Below, piece after piece: positions 63,593 through 64,000 of a DNA stretch of 64,000 bases (position 1 is its first letter; every line of letters begins with the position of its first letter). Under the pieces are notes generated by a model that worked only from the letters and a program-made list of their open reading frames with translations, was not told the origin of the DNA and ran no database searches. A program made the position numbers and the translations under genes. The DNA lies in the NCBI RefSeq assembly GCF_964204645.1, contig NC_134027.1:1334485-1398484 (forward strand). The letters run 5' to 3'. The DNA is from Tubulanus polymorphus. Its lineage: Eukaryota; Animalia; Nemertea.

Positions 63593-64000
63593 ACTCTTTT
63601 CACATTTTCGTTTAATGACAATAATTTTCATCCAGTAAATCGATGAAATCGAAATAAGAATATATATTTTCCATCTTGGATTTTTCAGTCAAATATGTCT
63701 CGATGAATTCCCGGCAGTTTATCGTGAATACGTGACGACAGGAGTCTCAACGATGACGTCAAACTAGCCCGGAAAAAACCTGCCGACGTCAAGAGCTGTG
63801 TGTCATGTTATTAAGACACGAGCTTTACTTTGTATTAGTGTTATTTATCGGCCAATCGTCGCTCTCGTTGATTACAGCTATAAAACAACTCGACGACGAC
63901 AGACAATACCTTAAAAACTGATGAACGAAATCATATCTCATGTCTCGAGTCAAGCGTGAAGATCATTAGATCAGGCAAGGGCTGCGCGCAACATTAGACA

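Overview
Eukaryotic genomic DNA from an invertebrate-type animal (inferred from gene content). It is AT-rich with GT-AG introns and has no bacterial operons or CRISPR arrays. The middle (10-50 kb) is gene-dense, and these genes were assembled by hand from splice sites: a short ankyrin-repeat protein; a membrane-anchored JmjC/cupin protein; two tandem class II aldolase/adducin-head paralogs with mitochondrial-type presequences; an intronless class A GPCR with one frameshift; SMIM29; a BTB-BACK (BTBD17-like) gene head-to-head with a nucleoredoxin-like gene (WSPPC motif); a selenocysteine GPX4 with an in-frame TGA, a clear SECIS and candidate alternative first exons; a SWEET/SLC50A1 transporter; and the last exon of an acidic EF-hand protein. 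A tRNA-Ile(AAT) lies near the end. The flanks are rich in mini/microsatellites, MITEs and Penelope-like remnants. The most notable items are a ~940-bp foldback at 3.9-4.8 kb inside an apparent spliced non-coding transcript, TSD-flanked inverted-repeat Penelope-type inserts carrying minimal hammerhead cores (27.7 and 49.1 kb), an unexplained ~250-nt rod-like RNA structure divergent from the SMIM29 promoter, and a GPX4 5' architecture resembling that of mammals. No wholly new system can be proven from sequence alone.
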